In this document: one piece after another, positions 1-13,860 of the stretch
Numbering within the stretch: the first letter of the stretch is position 1
Layout of the letters: the number at the start of each line of letters is the position of its first letter
Origin: Ginglymostoma cirratum
Lineage: Eukaryota
Length of the DNA: 64,000 nt
Reading direction: 5' to 3'
Assembly (NCBI GenBank): GCA_024137785.1
Contig: JAHRHZ010000267.1
Span: 21,665,100 to 21,729,099 of the forward strand
Position numbers and translations under genes: made by a program
The notes under the pieces: model-generated
What the model was told of the DNA's origin: nothing
Seen by the model: the letters and a program-made list of their open reading frames with translations, nothing else
Database searches by the model: none

Positions 1-33
1 GACCTGCTGTGTTCATCCAGCCCCATGCTTGTT
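1..33 (+). mobile_element. Fragment of PLE-derived family A element (3' arm), cut by the window edge
   Basis: gacctgctgtgttcatccagccccatgcttgtt is the reverse complement of the family A arm at 32135-32167. Confidence 0.8.
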
Positions 34-877
34 AAAACAGATAACAATCTGCGGATCAGTTTGAATGCTGAAAAGTCAGTGCTAACATACTTACAGAACA
101 CATCATTTGAGGAATAAATCATCAATGTCTATGGAAGGCTCAGATTTTATAACAAAGTAATAATCCAATTATTTCATAACAACTAACTATTTGCAAAACA
201 GTTTGATTGACTTGTTATAATTAATTGATTTATTTACTCTGAATGCGAGATTCCCTTAATTTGGCATCTTTTCCTTTAGGATTACAGTACATGTAACGTG
301 GATCTGATCCCATGGTTGTTTAACTTGACCAGCCAGTTGTGGGTTAACATTCTGCCTACTACACAACTCAGCAATGCCACGTATCAACATCATTGCTGGT
401 GCAAAGTCAGTTTGTAGGCTAGGCGTCTGAATAATTGGACGATCAAATCAAAGCATATGTTTCTTTAATCATTCATAATAAACAGAATAGACCAGCCTGC
501 ACTTACAAAACATTTATTGTTACACATAATTCCTTGATTAGACAGCACATGCTGACTAATCCTGAGTGCAATACCAGCTTTATGAATAACTTAGTTTAGG
601 ATAATCAGCCGCACCCATAATGTGGCTGATTTACTCTTGTTAAAAGTGGCATCCGTTCATACTCAGGGACCCATTCTCTGCAAACAGAAGGAGAATGTTC
701 AAGCCTCGCCCCATTTTTGAATGATCTAGAAGCTTAAGGAGTCTGTAGTTGCCTGTTGCTTTCTCTGCGACAATGCCTCAACTAATCAAAAGATAACTTG
801 TCAACCGAATAGCACTCCTTTTGCCTACAGTATAAATTATTGTGATCATTTGAAATTGGCCGCTTTGGTGGTCAACG

Positions 878-896
878 TCACCACTAGGTGGAGCAT
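878..896 (+). promoter_or_regulatory. Candidate CTCF binding site
   Basis: tcaCCACTAGGTGGAGCat closely matches the CTCF core CCASYAGRKGGCRS; motif evidence only. Confidence 0.4.
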
Positions 897-1029
897 GGCA
901 CGTGCATATCAAACTGTTGCTTCTACAAACAATCCTTGTTTGAGTGATGCAAATTTACAACTAACTAATGCATTTGAAGAGGTTGAACCAATGAGAGAAC
1001 TACCATGTAAAACGTACATCAATAACATT

Positions 1030-1372
1030 AGGGGAGGTGATGGCGTAATGGCAGTGTCACTGGACTAGTAATCAGAGCCACAGGCCAATGTTATGGGGGT
1101 CATGGTGTTCAAATCCTATCATGCCAGATGGTAAAATTTAAATTCAATAAAATCTGGATTAAAGAGGTAACCTTTGATTGACCATGAAACCACTGTCCAC
1201 CGTCATAGAAACCCATGTTGTTCACGAACATCCTTTGGGGAAGGATATCTGCCACCCTTCCCTGGTCTGGTCTACATCTGACTCCAGACGCACAGGAATG
1301 TGGTTTACTGTAACTGCCCTCTAGGTAATAAATGCTGGCCTTGCTGGCAGTGCCTACATCCCCTGAATAAAT
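1030..1372 (+). mobile_element. Full-length shark-type tRNA-derived SINE
   Basis: Pol III A box (tggcgtaatgg), B box (gttcaaatcc), central body, and LINE-like tail aataaatgctggccttgctggcagtgcctacatcccctgaataaat. Confidence 0.75.
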
Positions 1373-1969
1373 TTGTTCAATACTGCATTTCACTAATGGC
1401 ATGACATGCCAATGCTCGTAACTGTGCATGCACAAAGATCGTGTGGTGCTCTGGCTCCTGCATTTGGAACAAACAAACAGTCTGTTTAAACTGTGGCATC
1501 CCTACATTTGTCCTAATTAGTGCAAGACAAAAGGCTGGAGCCACTGGTCTCTCTTTTTTGAAATATTCAAATTCTGCACAGGGTGAACCTGACACAGATT
1601 TAGTTACCGTAGGCTTAGCTGTCTTAACGTTTCCCTTCAGCAATTCCAATTTGCTACTGTTTGTGGGCTACACAAATGACACTGATTCATATTTCACCGC
1701 ATCTGTTCAAATTTATTCCAAAAATGGAACCGGATATAGAGCTACATGCAGTGATAATAAAGGGTAACTTGGTGACAGGATACCGGTCTTCGTGGAGTTA
1801 TTTCACTGCATGCTATCAAAAATGCGACTTGCTTTAGCTTCTGGTTTGATTGTACATTAAATATTCAAAATATTAGTGAATAATCCAGTTCTACAGTCTA
1901 CAAATCAAATGCCATTCGTTTAGATTGTGGCTAAATGAAAATGAGAAGTGGTCAGATTCGTTGTGATTT

Positions 1970-2046
1970 TATGAAATGGCTGAGCAGCCTTGAGGGGCCG
2001 AGTGGCCACGTCCTCCTCCAAGTTCATATGTCTGAATGTTCTTATG
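1970..2046 (+). mobile_element. CR1/HER1 LINE 3' terminus
   Basis: gcagccttgaggggccgagtggcc...ttcatatgtctgaatgttcttatg resembles the CR1 3' ends at 14400-14460 and 19860-19920. Confidence 0.6.
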
Positions 2047-5000
2047 ACAGATTTTCTTTCCTTGTCTCAACGAATCAATGTTAAATTGTAAAAGAGCTTT
2101 GTGATAATGGTCACTGCTGAAAAGCTCCTCAGGCCCAGTTGCTCCCCCACATACACAAAGATTTTTTGCCCATCTTAATGTCTGTTCCTCAGGTCCATGA
2201 TTTTGCTCACCAATCAAAGTTCTCTCAGATTTCGACACCAGGAAACTTGCTCTAACTTCATGTTTACTTCACCTGTCACAACAGTTTCAACACACAAACC
2301 GCAGGTCCAATTAATTGAAGCTCTCGCTTAATTGCTTTTCCACAGTTTATTTCCCAAGCTTAAACCCAATGTCTATTCATTACATGTCTTTTGTTCATAA
2401 AGTGCTTTCCTAACCCTTTCCAGCTCATAGTACCTTATTTAGTGGAGAAGTACTCAGAACAGTAAACATTCATATTGGAACATTAGAGAACTGGAAGTTT
2501 GTTGTGTTTTGTTTTGGCAAAGTTGTACTGTGGCAAGGTTAGCACAACAAAAGCTGCAATTTGTTCCTGTGTTTGTGCACGGGGTAAAAATACCATAGGA
2601 CTCTATCTAAACCTAAGACAGCATAATTTTTTCTGAAGTACTGACGGCATACAGAGGAGCAACTGAAATCTGGATTATCCCATTCCTCTTCCTGGCGATA
2701 TACATGATGTAAAGGGCAGAAAGTAAGACAAGACTAAAGTAACAAACAGCTTGCAAAAAAATCATGTGTTTGTGAGAAACTTGGACTGCCATTAGCACCG
2801 GAATGTTAACATCCAACGCTTATTAACTTGACTGCATTCCTCAGATTTAATTCTCCAACTCCATCAACAAATGCAGGAAATTGTGGACAATGTAAATGGA
2901 TTGTACATTTGGCAACAAAAATATTTTCACTTCGTTGGAGAAGTCAATCTGACAAGAAGTGCGATGCACAAAGCATTTTCTTTTATTTTGTCAGTCAAGA
3001 GCTTTCCAACTATTGCAGAGATACATGATAAAAACACAGAATTAAGCACTATGTCTCTTTCCCTTAATAAACTGACCAACCTGAAAGAAAGTGCGCTTCA
3101 TTTTCAAGGACAAATTTAGCTCCAGTTCTAATTGACAGCATTACTCTCCTTTATTACATCCAATATACTTTTCATTACTATTATTAGATAAATGTTGAGC
3201 TAAAAGAAATCATACAGGATGAAATCTCTCTATTTGTGAACTACAAGTTCTCCTTGCGGTTTCAGGCAGTCTCCCATATTAAGTGACAGCATTTCAACTG
3301 TTCAGTCTGTTTAATTTATCGTGTGAACCAGTAATGCTCCAATGACTGTTTATTTTACCACTCTGGCAAACTTAAAAAAAAACAAATTTAAATGTTCTTT
3401 CCTTGAAAGCTTTTCTATTAGGCAACAAATCTTAGAATGGGATTCAGTTGAAAGCTGATCAAAATTGTTGATCACATTTACTTATGCACATACAACAGAG
3501 AATTTTCCCAGTTTTCTGCAGCAGAAATTGCAGAAAGAGTGGAAATCAATAATTTCCTTTGCTTTCTGTTCTCCGCTTGCAATGTCCACTCAGCTCACTG
3601 ATTTACAATGCTATCTAAATTATATTGCAAGATTCAATTTGTGATGATGAATCAGGTGGCAAAAATTGTATGGACTGGCAAACTTTCCATGATTTCTTCA
3701 CTCCCTGCATGTAACAGAGGTAATGGAGAATTTTCATAGTTTCTACGTGGAAGTGTCTTTGTGAATGGTGATTTTGTAGAAACTAAAGCATGGATTCCAC
3801 CCACAACTTCCATGGAAACTAGCATCCTGGGCCAGTCATGCAATTTCCAGAGGAACAGGTCGCTTGCCTTTGCAGTGCTAGACATGTCTGCAAGGTAAAG
3901 GGACACACCAAAACCATAATTCTCAATGATGTTGATTGATCATGAATTCACCAAGGAAATAAAAGCAGGGGTGTGTTTCAATCATGACATTGTGGTTGCA
4001 AACACGTGAACGCAAAATGACTTGCAAAATGCAGCCATGTTGGATATGTAAGTTTCACAAAGAAAACTCATGCGTCCAATTACATCACTAAGTCAATTTA
4101 AGGTATGTTATGTGGCATGAGGTTAAAGTGCTGAAAGGGGTTTGCTGCCCCAACAGCTTCAAAGTCATTGCTGCTGTTCAGTTCTAGCCCCTGCCAAACT
4201 CAATGTAAATCAACACTGATATCTCTTTAATAGGACCACAGATGGATGAGGTTATGAAAGATTCAATTAATAATTTTATTCCAATTTTATACTTATGCAT
4301 TTGTAATTTCCACTGTTAAACATACAGTAAATCATTGTTTGAGACAAATAGACATGTTCTTGAGATGGATGGGACAATAATTTATATACGTGATAAAATG
4401 TTCAAATGACGAACATGTCCTAAGCCATTTTATTAATTTTTAACCTAAGATCATTAGGTTAACCGGCAGTTGTATGAGCAAAATCACCTTGAAATTCAGT
4501 TCTTCTAACAACAGGTGCTCTTACAGATTGCCAATGCTCATATTTTTGTAATTACTCATGGTCCCATATTTTATTCATTTAACATAATTACATACAAGGT
4601 TCTGGAATTACTTTTCATTGTACATCTGCTTTGAAGACAGAAAAAGTAGACGCCTTGGTGGGGATCATTTATTTTGTACCTCAATATTCAGATCTACATA
4701 CAATGGTTGCCAGCTGGGATTTTCTTTCTGAAGTAATTGTATACCTAGAGTGACTGAATATGACCATTAAATAAAGATGACGGACTTCCAGCAGTGATCT
4801 TTCTTTTTTTGTAGTCTACAGCCATTTAGACATCAATTCTAACTTTTCAGCATTTCTCTGTGCTGTGTTTACTGCCGTCTTGCTGAGTGATTAGCGACTC
4901 CTGGTTTTATTTATATGGTAATAACATGGAGCCATAGCTCACGCTGCATTCTGAGTGCCAAGGATGCCACGTTGCAAAAACAAAATTAGCAGCTAGGGAA

Positions 5001-5519
5001 AGAGTCAAAGTCCTTTCTGCCCTGTCTAATTAGCCAAAGCCTTGTGCTGTCCATTAATGATTATCTAATGACAAACCTTGACGTTGCACAAATGTTGTGG
5101 TAAATCAACCCTGCTTAAAATGATTCTGTGTGGGTATTTGAACAAACAAAAACAAACTTGCTAAAATGTTAAAGTGTCTCAAGTGAAACAACTGCTGGAC
5201 GTAGAAGCGTCAATTGAAAGCTTAACTAAACCTAGAAATGAACACGCATTAGCTGTGGTGGTGCGACAATAGACGTCCATCTCAAGGGGAATGCAGCTCA
5301 AATTCCAACTTCAAGTATTTTGTGTTGGGCCTGTTGGTGGCACACAGTTAGGCATCACCACTCAAAGAGTTGGGGGAGAAAAAGAATCTGAGGTAGCTTT
5401 GAGTTGTGCAGAAGGTGCACCTCCTGTCAGATGGTCATTGAACCACATTGACACTCATCAAAAGATAATTGCACGTCAGACAGTCATGTCCATTTGGCTG
5501 TAAGACCAATGACAAATGG

Positions 5520-5690
5520 CTTAGATTCTTTTGAAAGCAAAGTAAATGAACACATGAGAGAAAAGGGGAGAGAAAGATGTGCCAAAAGATTTAGATTAGG
5601 TAGATCGAAAGCAAGAAAAGTCTTGCTGAGTATAAACATCAACACACAATAGTTGGGCCAAATGGCCTGTTTCTGCGCTGTCTATTTGAT
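5520..5690 (+). mobile_element. Old CR1 3' end remnant
   Basis: Ends in gttgggccaaatggcctgtttctgcgctgt, the CR1/HER1 terminal stem-loop motif. Confidence 0.5.
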
Positions 5691-6569
5691 GGGACAGTAT
5701 TTAAGGAGAAGTAAATATAGATGATGAATCTTTCAAATGGATTGTCTGAGAAATGTTTTATTTCTGAATTCCCTGAAATTACGTCTCAGAAAAAAAACAA
5801 ATCACGCAAGGCATCAGACTGGGTCATGTGGTTTAAGGACCCTTAAGAATAATACATTTTTGAAAATAAACTTTCTGCTGGTCTTCTCAGAAGCAAAGAA
5901 ACTTTTAAGTCCCAGGGAACAGGGCTGCTTTTAATACATTTCATATCCTTTCAGTTTAGTTCTGGTTTGTTTTGTTTCATGTTTAATTGATTTGTAGGCA
6001 GCCTATGTTTGTCTTATTCATGCAGTGCATTTTGAAATGCATCGTGGGTGTACGGACAAAATGTCATGTTCAACCAAATCCTATGAATTATGGAATATAT
6101 TAGTTCTGTTGGAACTAGGTCTGAAAAGGACAATGCTGTCAAGACACATATCAGGCCTCTTAGGAAATATGATACAGTACAGACAGTGCAGTGTCCCCTG
6201 TTGAAATCAGCACAGCATATTTCAAAATACTGTACAAGTAATAATCAAATTCATTGCAATGCAACTGAAATCAGAAAAAAACAAACCATTTTAAACTAGT
6301 TTTAGTTCATCTAATTTGTTTTCAGTGCATTAGGAGGTATAGGATTCCACAAGGAATTTCAATCTGTTCCCTTTAAATAATCTTCAGGTGCTACAAAGAG
6401 TATTCCAACTCAAAGATTCAGGAACTGTCTTATACAATCCCTCTCCTGTTGCTCAAGGACCAGCTAAAGCCTCACACTATTCTTCCCTAAAGTGATAAAT
6501 TCCTATTGAGCTCAACCACCGAAATGAAATCCATCAGCTGAAGAAAATTCAAATCATAGGAAAGGAAAG

Positions 6570-6730
6570 CAGATTCAATCATAGTTTTCAAATGAGAGTT
6601 GGAAATGTACTTGAAAAGGAAGGATTTGCAGGGCTATGAGAAAAGAGAAGGTGAGTGGGACTAATTAGGTCACGTTTTCAAAGTGCCAGCATAGGAACAT
6701 TGAGTTAAATCACCACGTTCTGTCCTTATT
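6570..6730 (+). mobile_element. Old CR1 3' end remnant
   Basis: ttcaaatgagagttggaaatgtacttgaaaagg...gatttgcagggctatg matches the ORF2 end (F-K-x-E-L-D-x-Y-L) plus 3' UTR pattern. Confidence 0.5.
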
Positions 6731-8699
6731 ATGCCAAAATTTGAAATTGAATGGGTTTAGATGTTCTAGAAGAGATGCAAGCCTAGTGCAATACTGAAGA
6801 TGACAGAGCAATCAATGGAAATGAGGGATGGTATGCTATAGCAATAAATACTATTGATAGATTTACAGTAGTTCTGCTTTAAAGTCATATATTTCAAAAT
6901 ACAATTTCTCTGCCTTCTGAATAAATTGATACATACAGCTACTGTACTTTCAGACACTATAAATGGATTCCTCCAGTCAAGAGCATGATAACAGTTTTGT
7001 GTCCCGAGGGCCTATTCAATATATGACCTCTATTCACACCATCGCAGAGACATTCTAAAATCCTAACGAGAGTTACAGCTTTGTGAAAACTGAACTCATG
7101 ACAAGGCCCTACAGTCACAGAGGTGAAAGAATTTTGATTTTAATTGTTAATGAACATGTATCCAGGAAAGACATCAGAACCTACCTGAGTGTTGCATTCA
7201 CTTCTGCTGTAGTAATAATAAAAATTGTCGCATGGGAATTCCAAAGTTTCTTTCAATGAGAATTTATATCTTGTAAAGCATAACATTTGCCTAATGGTTT
7301 TGTTTCAAAGGTTCACACCATCCAATAGAAAGACTAAGCCCGGTATCTTTAAACAGAACTCGTGTGTACCTGTAAAGACTAAAGTTAACATTTATGGAAG
7401 TACTGTTCAGGCTATTGACGACCAGTTATACGTGGGCGTTTTACTCGCATTTAACCAAGATGCTGTAATGTTGGTCCTTCAGTTAAGGTGTTGCTCCAAA
7501 TACATGAACACTTGCAACTCAGCTCCCTTTTGGTATAGATCCACACACGAGGCAGTCCATAACTCAGCACTGCTAGGCAGATTGAATCAAGCAGGCTGCA
7601 AGGAAGACAGGTATGAGAAATTGAAATAGCTGAAAATGTTCTGCATTTGGGGTTAAGTCTAAACTTTGAGCAATATTGATGAAGCCTTATTCCTGCTTTG
7701 GTGCTCTGGATTGTTTTGGTGCGCTGTGCTATTGTTGGGTGAAACATTTTGAGGAGTGTTACACTCTCGAAGCACTGGTAAGTGCAAACAATTACCTACA
7801 ATTTCTGCCCCCCACCCCCCAAAAAAAAGACAAAATAGTAATAATAAAAGTTGAATTCGGCAAATAACAAATATGCACTCTATACAAAGAATTCTGAAAT
7901 TTGTGGGCAGGCGATCTGCATGTACCTTTTTTGTAATGATAAAGTGCAAAAGCATGAGATACTTTGCGCCAACTACCACTGGAATCAGAGATTCCCCAAA
8001 ATATTTCATGGTATTTGGTGGATGATTTTGCTCAGATTGAGCGAATGAACATAATGCTCAATTCTTTACAAAAACAGGCAATGACATCACACGCTCAGGC
8101 AGGTAGAAGCAGTTAGTCAAGCTAAAAAAAAAAGAGGGGAGTTTCAGTAACTATCCAAATGTCAATCAATTCAATAATGTCTTGTAGAATAGCAAGTACA
8201 ATATCGGAAACCAAACCAAAAAGTCAATAAAGAGTGGACAAAAAAAGTCACAACACGTTTTTTCTACAATTTAAGAGATTTCCTTAATATCCCTGTAATA
8301 ACGTGTGGCAACTATGAAGCATTTAGAATGTTTAGCTCTCGGACTAAGCTAACAACAATAAATATCAACGATGCACACATAATTAAAGTAAAGTTACCAA
8401 ATTAAAACTAATCTAACACCCACACCATCTTTATGCTCTAACGTCTTATATTAATGGGAATGGAATTGGGCAGGAAAGTTATGGTTGCAAGGCAGAACCT
8501 TCCTGTTTGACTAAAAAGCTTTTCTAGCCCAGCCATGCTGTAGCAGTGCTCTCTCATGGTGGGTTTCACTGTTGAAAGGATTCCCAACTGTAGAATTGCA
8601 CATGTTGCTTGTGCACATCACTGGCACTTCAAATTTTAAATTATAGTTGCATGGGAAATGAGAAAAAGGAAGAAAGCAAAAGTACTGCACTCTCGAATT

Positions 8700-9610
8700 G
8701 CACACGAAAAATAAAATTCTGTCCTTTGAGTATCGAAGGGTTTCCTGAATGTCAGTCCTGTAAGACATGCCTTTAATCTTTAGGCTATATTCCCCTGTTT
8801 GAGGCACACCAACCAGCAGAAAAAGCTTTACTCTATCTCCACATCAGTTCCTACTGATATCTTTAGGACTGATCAAATTTTATTCCTTAATCTTTTAACT
8901 TCCAGGACATACAACCCTAGTTTCTGAATTCACTCCTAACAATTTAACTTTTGAAATCTAGAAAATGTCCTTAAATTTACGTTGCAATACCCACAGGGTC
9001 AAATATATCCTGCTGAACTACGGTGACAGAACTGACCTTATTCTGGTACGGTCTAACTGGAGTTTTGTAGCTACAGCTGGATAGCTCTTAAATGATAGTC
9101 ATTTGGTTGTAACAAAGCCACATTATTTCAGCATTCTTGATTATCTCCGTCCCAGTTCATGTCATTTTAATAGTCCAACTACATGAGTTCCTAAATCTCT
9201 CTGGTTCACTCCTGCTTCTAACTTTTCAGCATTTAGAAAGTGCCCTGACCTTTCTCTTTTAGGCCAAAAGTTGACAATTTTACATTTACCCAGTTTTATC
9301 CAATGTATTCGATTTGAAATGCTATGCTTCTGCCTACTCTCCTTTTGCCTATTGCTGTATCGTTGAATTGGTAGCTCTCTGCTTGATCGCCTAAGCCAGT
9401 TAACAAAACAGTGAAGCACTGCACAGATCTCTGTGGCACACCACAAGTTAAATACTGACAATTAGAATATCTGCCAATTATACCTATCCCCTGTCTCCTG
9501 TTGCTCAGCCAATTCCCTAACCAGGTCAATAATTTGCTTTGAATTCCATGAGTTTCAACTTTAGCAGCAGCCTCTTATGAGAAAGCTTTATCACATGCCT
9601 TCTTGTCATT
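8700..9610 (-). mobile_element. Decayed CR1 LINE RT fragment
   Basis: Minus-strand translation WLGNWLSNRRQGIGI...TCGVPQRSV matches CR1 RT (WIxNWLxxRKQRV...SGVPQGSVLG). Confidence 0.75.
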
Positions 9611-10169
9611 ATCAAATTGCCAGACCAAGTTGTCTCAGCAAACCTGGTCTTCCAAGCTTACTGATCATAGTAATACTGGGCAATCTCATTACTGGAGTTC
9701 TTGTTAAGCCAGTCTTTGATGTTGTTTAGCTACTGCTTTCTGCTGTTTTTCCATTCATCCCTCGAGTGGTGAGCAGGTACTCCAACCCTTTTGCATGATT
9801 ACCATGTCTGAAGAACTTTATTCTTTTCATATTATTTCAGAAGGCTCTTGTTTTTCTGGCCTCATTCAGTATTTTGCTAACTCTGGGAGTAGAAGTTTCC
9901 TATTTAGAGACTGTTATGTGGAGGCTGACAGAGAGAAGCAACAGGGATTTCTGCTCAGGCGTGGCTTGAGTTTCCTTGCATGATTAGCTTCTCAGTTCAT
10001 GACGTGTGCACACACAGGTAAAATGCCAAAATTTGATGGATAGGATGTTCTGAAGCTGCCTGTAGCTTCTGGGTTCTACTGCCCGAGCACCATGTTTAAA
10101 AAGCAGCTGGACAGCACTTCACGCTCTGTAACCCAGGAGTATCACTCAACCTCTGCTCATTTGTTACAG

Positions 10170-10410
10170 ATCGGGCAAAAGCAGCACCATAGTTTTGTGA
10201 CGCTCCGTACAGGTTCCCTCCCTGGAGGCGTTCTAGGGAGATAAGGCAAGCTCTTCTCCTGTGGATATCAGCATGAGGCCTTCCTGATTGACAAAGGTGA
10301 CCTGGACAGAGGTAGCTGTGGAGGTCAGTGCCCATGGGTGGCTCAAAGGAACCTAGCTCCAGAGCTGCAAGAGGATGTAGGACCTACTGCACTTCACCCA
10401 GGTATGTACC
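10170..10410 (+). mobile_element. Decayed PIF/Harbinger Myb/SANT-like ORF remnant
   Basis: Frame from 10273 reads MRPS*LTKVTWTEVAVEVSAHGWLKGT*LQSCKRM*DLLHFTQ followed by gtatgt; upstream AAP*FCDA; fits the trihelix W-x-E-V-A...RTWxQCRKRxNDL pattern, with in-frame stops. Confidence 0.6.
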
Positions 10411-11259
10411 ACTGTCTCTTCAATGCTTCACACCAAGTGTCAGTCAGTGTTGTATGGATGCCACTGCAGTGGACTGGCACACTGGAAGTTGGATGCCAGG
10501 CATCTCCATCAGGTATCTCATATGCAATCAATTCTGTCACTTCATTGCAGCTACCATTATTAGCAATACTGACACCACAGAGGCACTGCCTATTGCATGT
10601 CTGCCCAAGGTTCCCACTTTAAACATTAAAGAAGATACTCTCAAGCAGCTCATACGCATCAGGCCACCGACTTTTCATCACGACCGGGAGAACATGCACA
10701 TCAGATAGTTTTCCACCGGAAGGATACATCCACAAAATCTGGGCTTTTGACGAGCTTCTTTTTGAGTTCAGCCCCACTTGCCTGCCCAGTCAGGTTAACT
10801 GGCATCAGTTAATGTGGCTGCCTGGCTAGACAGGCTTATCAACCCCATCAGGCTTCAATCCAGTGTCAGCACTTTTACACAATCACCTTGTTTATGAAGA
10901 AGAAGTTTGTACTCACTGGAGCTCGGAGAAAGGAGTCTAACCTTCCAGGTATACGTCCCACAGAGATAGTCAGGTCCATGAACACTCACACTTCCTCTTT
11001 ATGGCTAACAAAATTGAGCAAGTGAACGTAATTGCAGTGGGCAGGGCTGTTAATGACTACTCATGAGATGCTAAAGAATGGAAAAGGGACAGCTAATCCA
11101 GCTGAAAGGTTCTGAGAATTTAACAGCAAACTTTTAACCCACTGTCAGGAAGCAAATTTTAACCTCCTGCCATATTTCTAAAAGCTCTGAACAGGCCCAT
11201 AAAATTCCACCCTACATAAACAATATCCTCTCATTCTCTGCCCACTTACATTTTCCTGC

Positions 11260-12900
11260 ATACTATTTAGTCACCTTTTCAAAGGAAACTTATCTGGTAT
11301 TTCAGCAATCACATTCTCTTTATGAATCCATGCAGGTCAAAACTTTTCAAGCTGTTCAGGCATTCCATTCTCAATTATAGACAACTATTTCTGCAACAAC
11401 AGGTGTTGGGCTAACTGGTCTATAATTTTGATTCCCTCTTCCACCTTTCTTGAGTGGGAGTGACGTGCACTTTTCTCATCGAAGGGAATGGAACATTGAA
11501 TGGTCATAGTAAGTTCTCGGCTACTTCCTTTAAAACCATGGGATGAGATCATCTGGTCGCGGGGATTTGGCACTCTTCAGTTCTATCATTTTCTTCATGA
11601 TTTTTAATTTCCTTACATTAAATTTGGTCAGTGTATGTCTCCAAATCAATGGTTTGTCCAGCATGCCAACCTCTTCCTCAATTGTGAGCACAGACGCAAA
11701 GCCATCATGCAACTTGGACTTTCCTTGTTTTTATTGTCACCGTTATCACCACTGCTTCATGGATCACATATTGCTCCTGGTGACACCCTTTTTCCTAATA
11801 AAGATGTGTAAAATGTGTGATTTTGATATCCCTTTGATATTTTGATGTTGTAAGTTCTTTCCTGTTCTCTTTCTGTAGCTCTTACTTTCTGTTTTTGCCC
11901 TTTGCTCTTCTTTTATCTCTCATATAAAACTCCTATTTTGTATTTTTATATGCTTTTTCTTTTAATTACATTTCACCCCAATCTTTAGCCATCCACGTCT
12001 GTTTCAGTTTGTAACTTCAGTGTTTTGTATCTTCGGGGTATGGATTGGTTCTGCATCCATTGAGTTGTTCTTTGAACTCCTGCCAACAATTATCATTTTA
12101 CTTGGTCATTTTACTCATTAACCGATTTTCTCAGTTTACCCGACGGTCTGTTTGATTGCTGACATCAGCTTTACTCTAATTGAGAATCCAAACAGCTGTT
12201 TGTCTTATTTCCCTTTGAAAAAACAATTAACTCTTCTCAATTATCGTTGCTATTTGGTAAATATGCACACCATATTAATTTGTTAACTCAACTATCTTAT
12301 TATCCGAATCTAAAATGGCCAGACCCAGACTGTTCTAGGATATAATTTCTTGCAACAATATCACGAACACACTCAGAAATTCGACAGCTTTCAGATTTGA
12401 GTGAAATCCCTCATCCAAATATGTATGTAAAATAAAACTCCAATTAAGACCTGGTATGTTGAGTTTCCTGTCTTGACCATTTTCTGTGTAATTCTTAGTA
12501 CTGGCTACCATGTCATACCCACTAAGATGGATCTATGACTGCAGTTCATTTCTGTTTGTTCCTTGTACTCTGCATAAGGACTCTTCTTTGGATCATGCAC
12601 ACAGACCTTTCCGCTCTAATCATCTTTCTCTTATTCATTTCTTATTTCTAGTTGAATTACATTACATCTCCACAAGTTCATTTTTTCCTATCCCTATACT
12701 GGTGCCAGGATCCCATCAAATGGAATCACTCTTTTAGCCACCTGTTCACCACCTTGATCTATTTATCCTTATGTCAATTGGTAAGGGCATCAGGGAAAAC
12801 TCCAGTGATTATAATCATAGAAAGATTTTTGAAAAGTAGTTCTGAATTCTCGTATTTTCTAATTAGGACCTCTTTCCAACTCTTCCTTATGATGTTGGCT
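11260..12900 (-). mobile_element. Heavily decayed CR1 ORF2 (endonuclease-linker-early RT)
   Basis: Minus-strand FASVLTIEEE and ELKSAKSPRPDDLIP resemble CR1 FASVFTxE...LKxDKSPGPDGxHP. Confidence 0.6.
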
Positions 12901-13761
12901 CCAACACAGACCATTAAATCTCCTCCTCCCTTGCCTCTCCAACATCTTTTCAAGCAGTACAATGTGCCCTTCACCAGGTAGGGAACAGATATGTAAAATT
13001 GTCAACCCGACTTTAATGGATGCTACTCATCCCCTTTTAAATTGAATAAACTACAAACTTACAGGTAAATTCTCTCAAAACTGGTACCCTCAAAGCCAGT
13101 GGGTCAAATGAAGCACTTGAACCTTGGGAATATACCAGCACACGAGCAAGAGAACAGCTAACAAGTTCAGTGCTATATTACACTTAGCCAAATTGTCCAG
13201 GTAAGTTAACTGTAATTGAGAAATAAAGAAACAAAATGCCTGACATATTCTAAAAATATCTGGTTTTCAGACAATTCCAGTTTTGAGACAGCCAATGCAC
13301 TACCCACTACACATCCTCTCATTCTTCCTTTGGTCAGCTTCTTGCACTAAGGAGCCATGGTCAACATTCTGGCTGTCCATCCACCAGTCCTCATCCTAAC
13401 CCTCCAAGAAATTAAAGTTCCACCGGTTGGATAGGATCATTTTCAGCTGATCCTCATTCTATATCTCACCTGAGCTCTCCTTACTGGGTACTCTGCTGGC
13501 CATATTAAAATGGTTCCGATCCTGCATCTTTTGTACAAAGTCTGACCAAGATCCGAAGAAACTCTGTAGAGTTTGTCACCCCTCCCATAAATGACAGAAT
13601 GTATCCCACTCAAACTCCAGGTCAGTGAGTGAGAGTTTCAGAGGTTAAAACAGAGACATTTACTTCAGGCCTATGCCACTCAGGGTAATCGTGCTTTCCT
13701 CAAATTTCCATGCAGACTCTCGATTTCCGTGTCATAGGGAAAATCCAGCCCAGTGTGTCAG

Positions 13762-13860
13762 TTCTGAGGAAAGGTCACCGGATCCGAAAGATTAACTCTG
13801 TTTTTGCCTTCACAGATGTTGCCAGACCTACTGAGCTTTTCCAGCAATGTTGTTTTTGTT
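13762..13860 (+). mobile_element. Minimal PLE-derived family B element (HHR motif plus 3' arm) with TSD
   Basis: ctgagga-aaggtc-accg-gatcc-gaaagattaactc followed by the gatgttgccagacctactgagcttttccagca arm; flanked by ccagtgtgtcag (13750-13761) and ccaatgtgtcag (13861-13872). Confidence 0.75.

Noticed and set aside
1608-1667. Possible 60-nt minus-strand exon (ag|PTNSSKLELLKGNVKTAKPT|gtaact)
   Set aside because: Plausible splice sites, but no recognisable protein and no partner exons; could be chance
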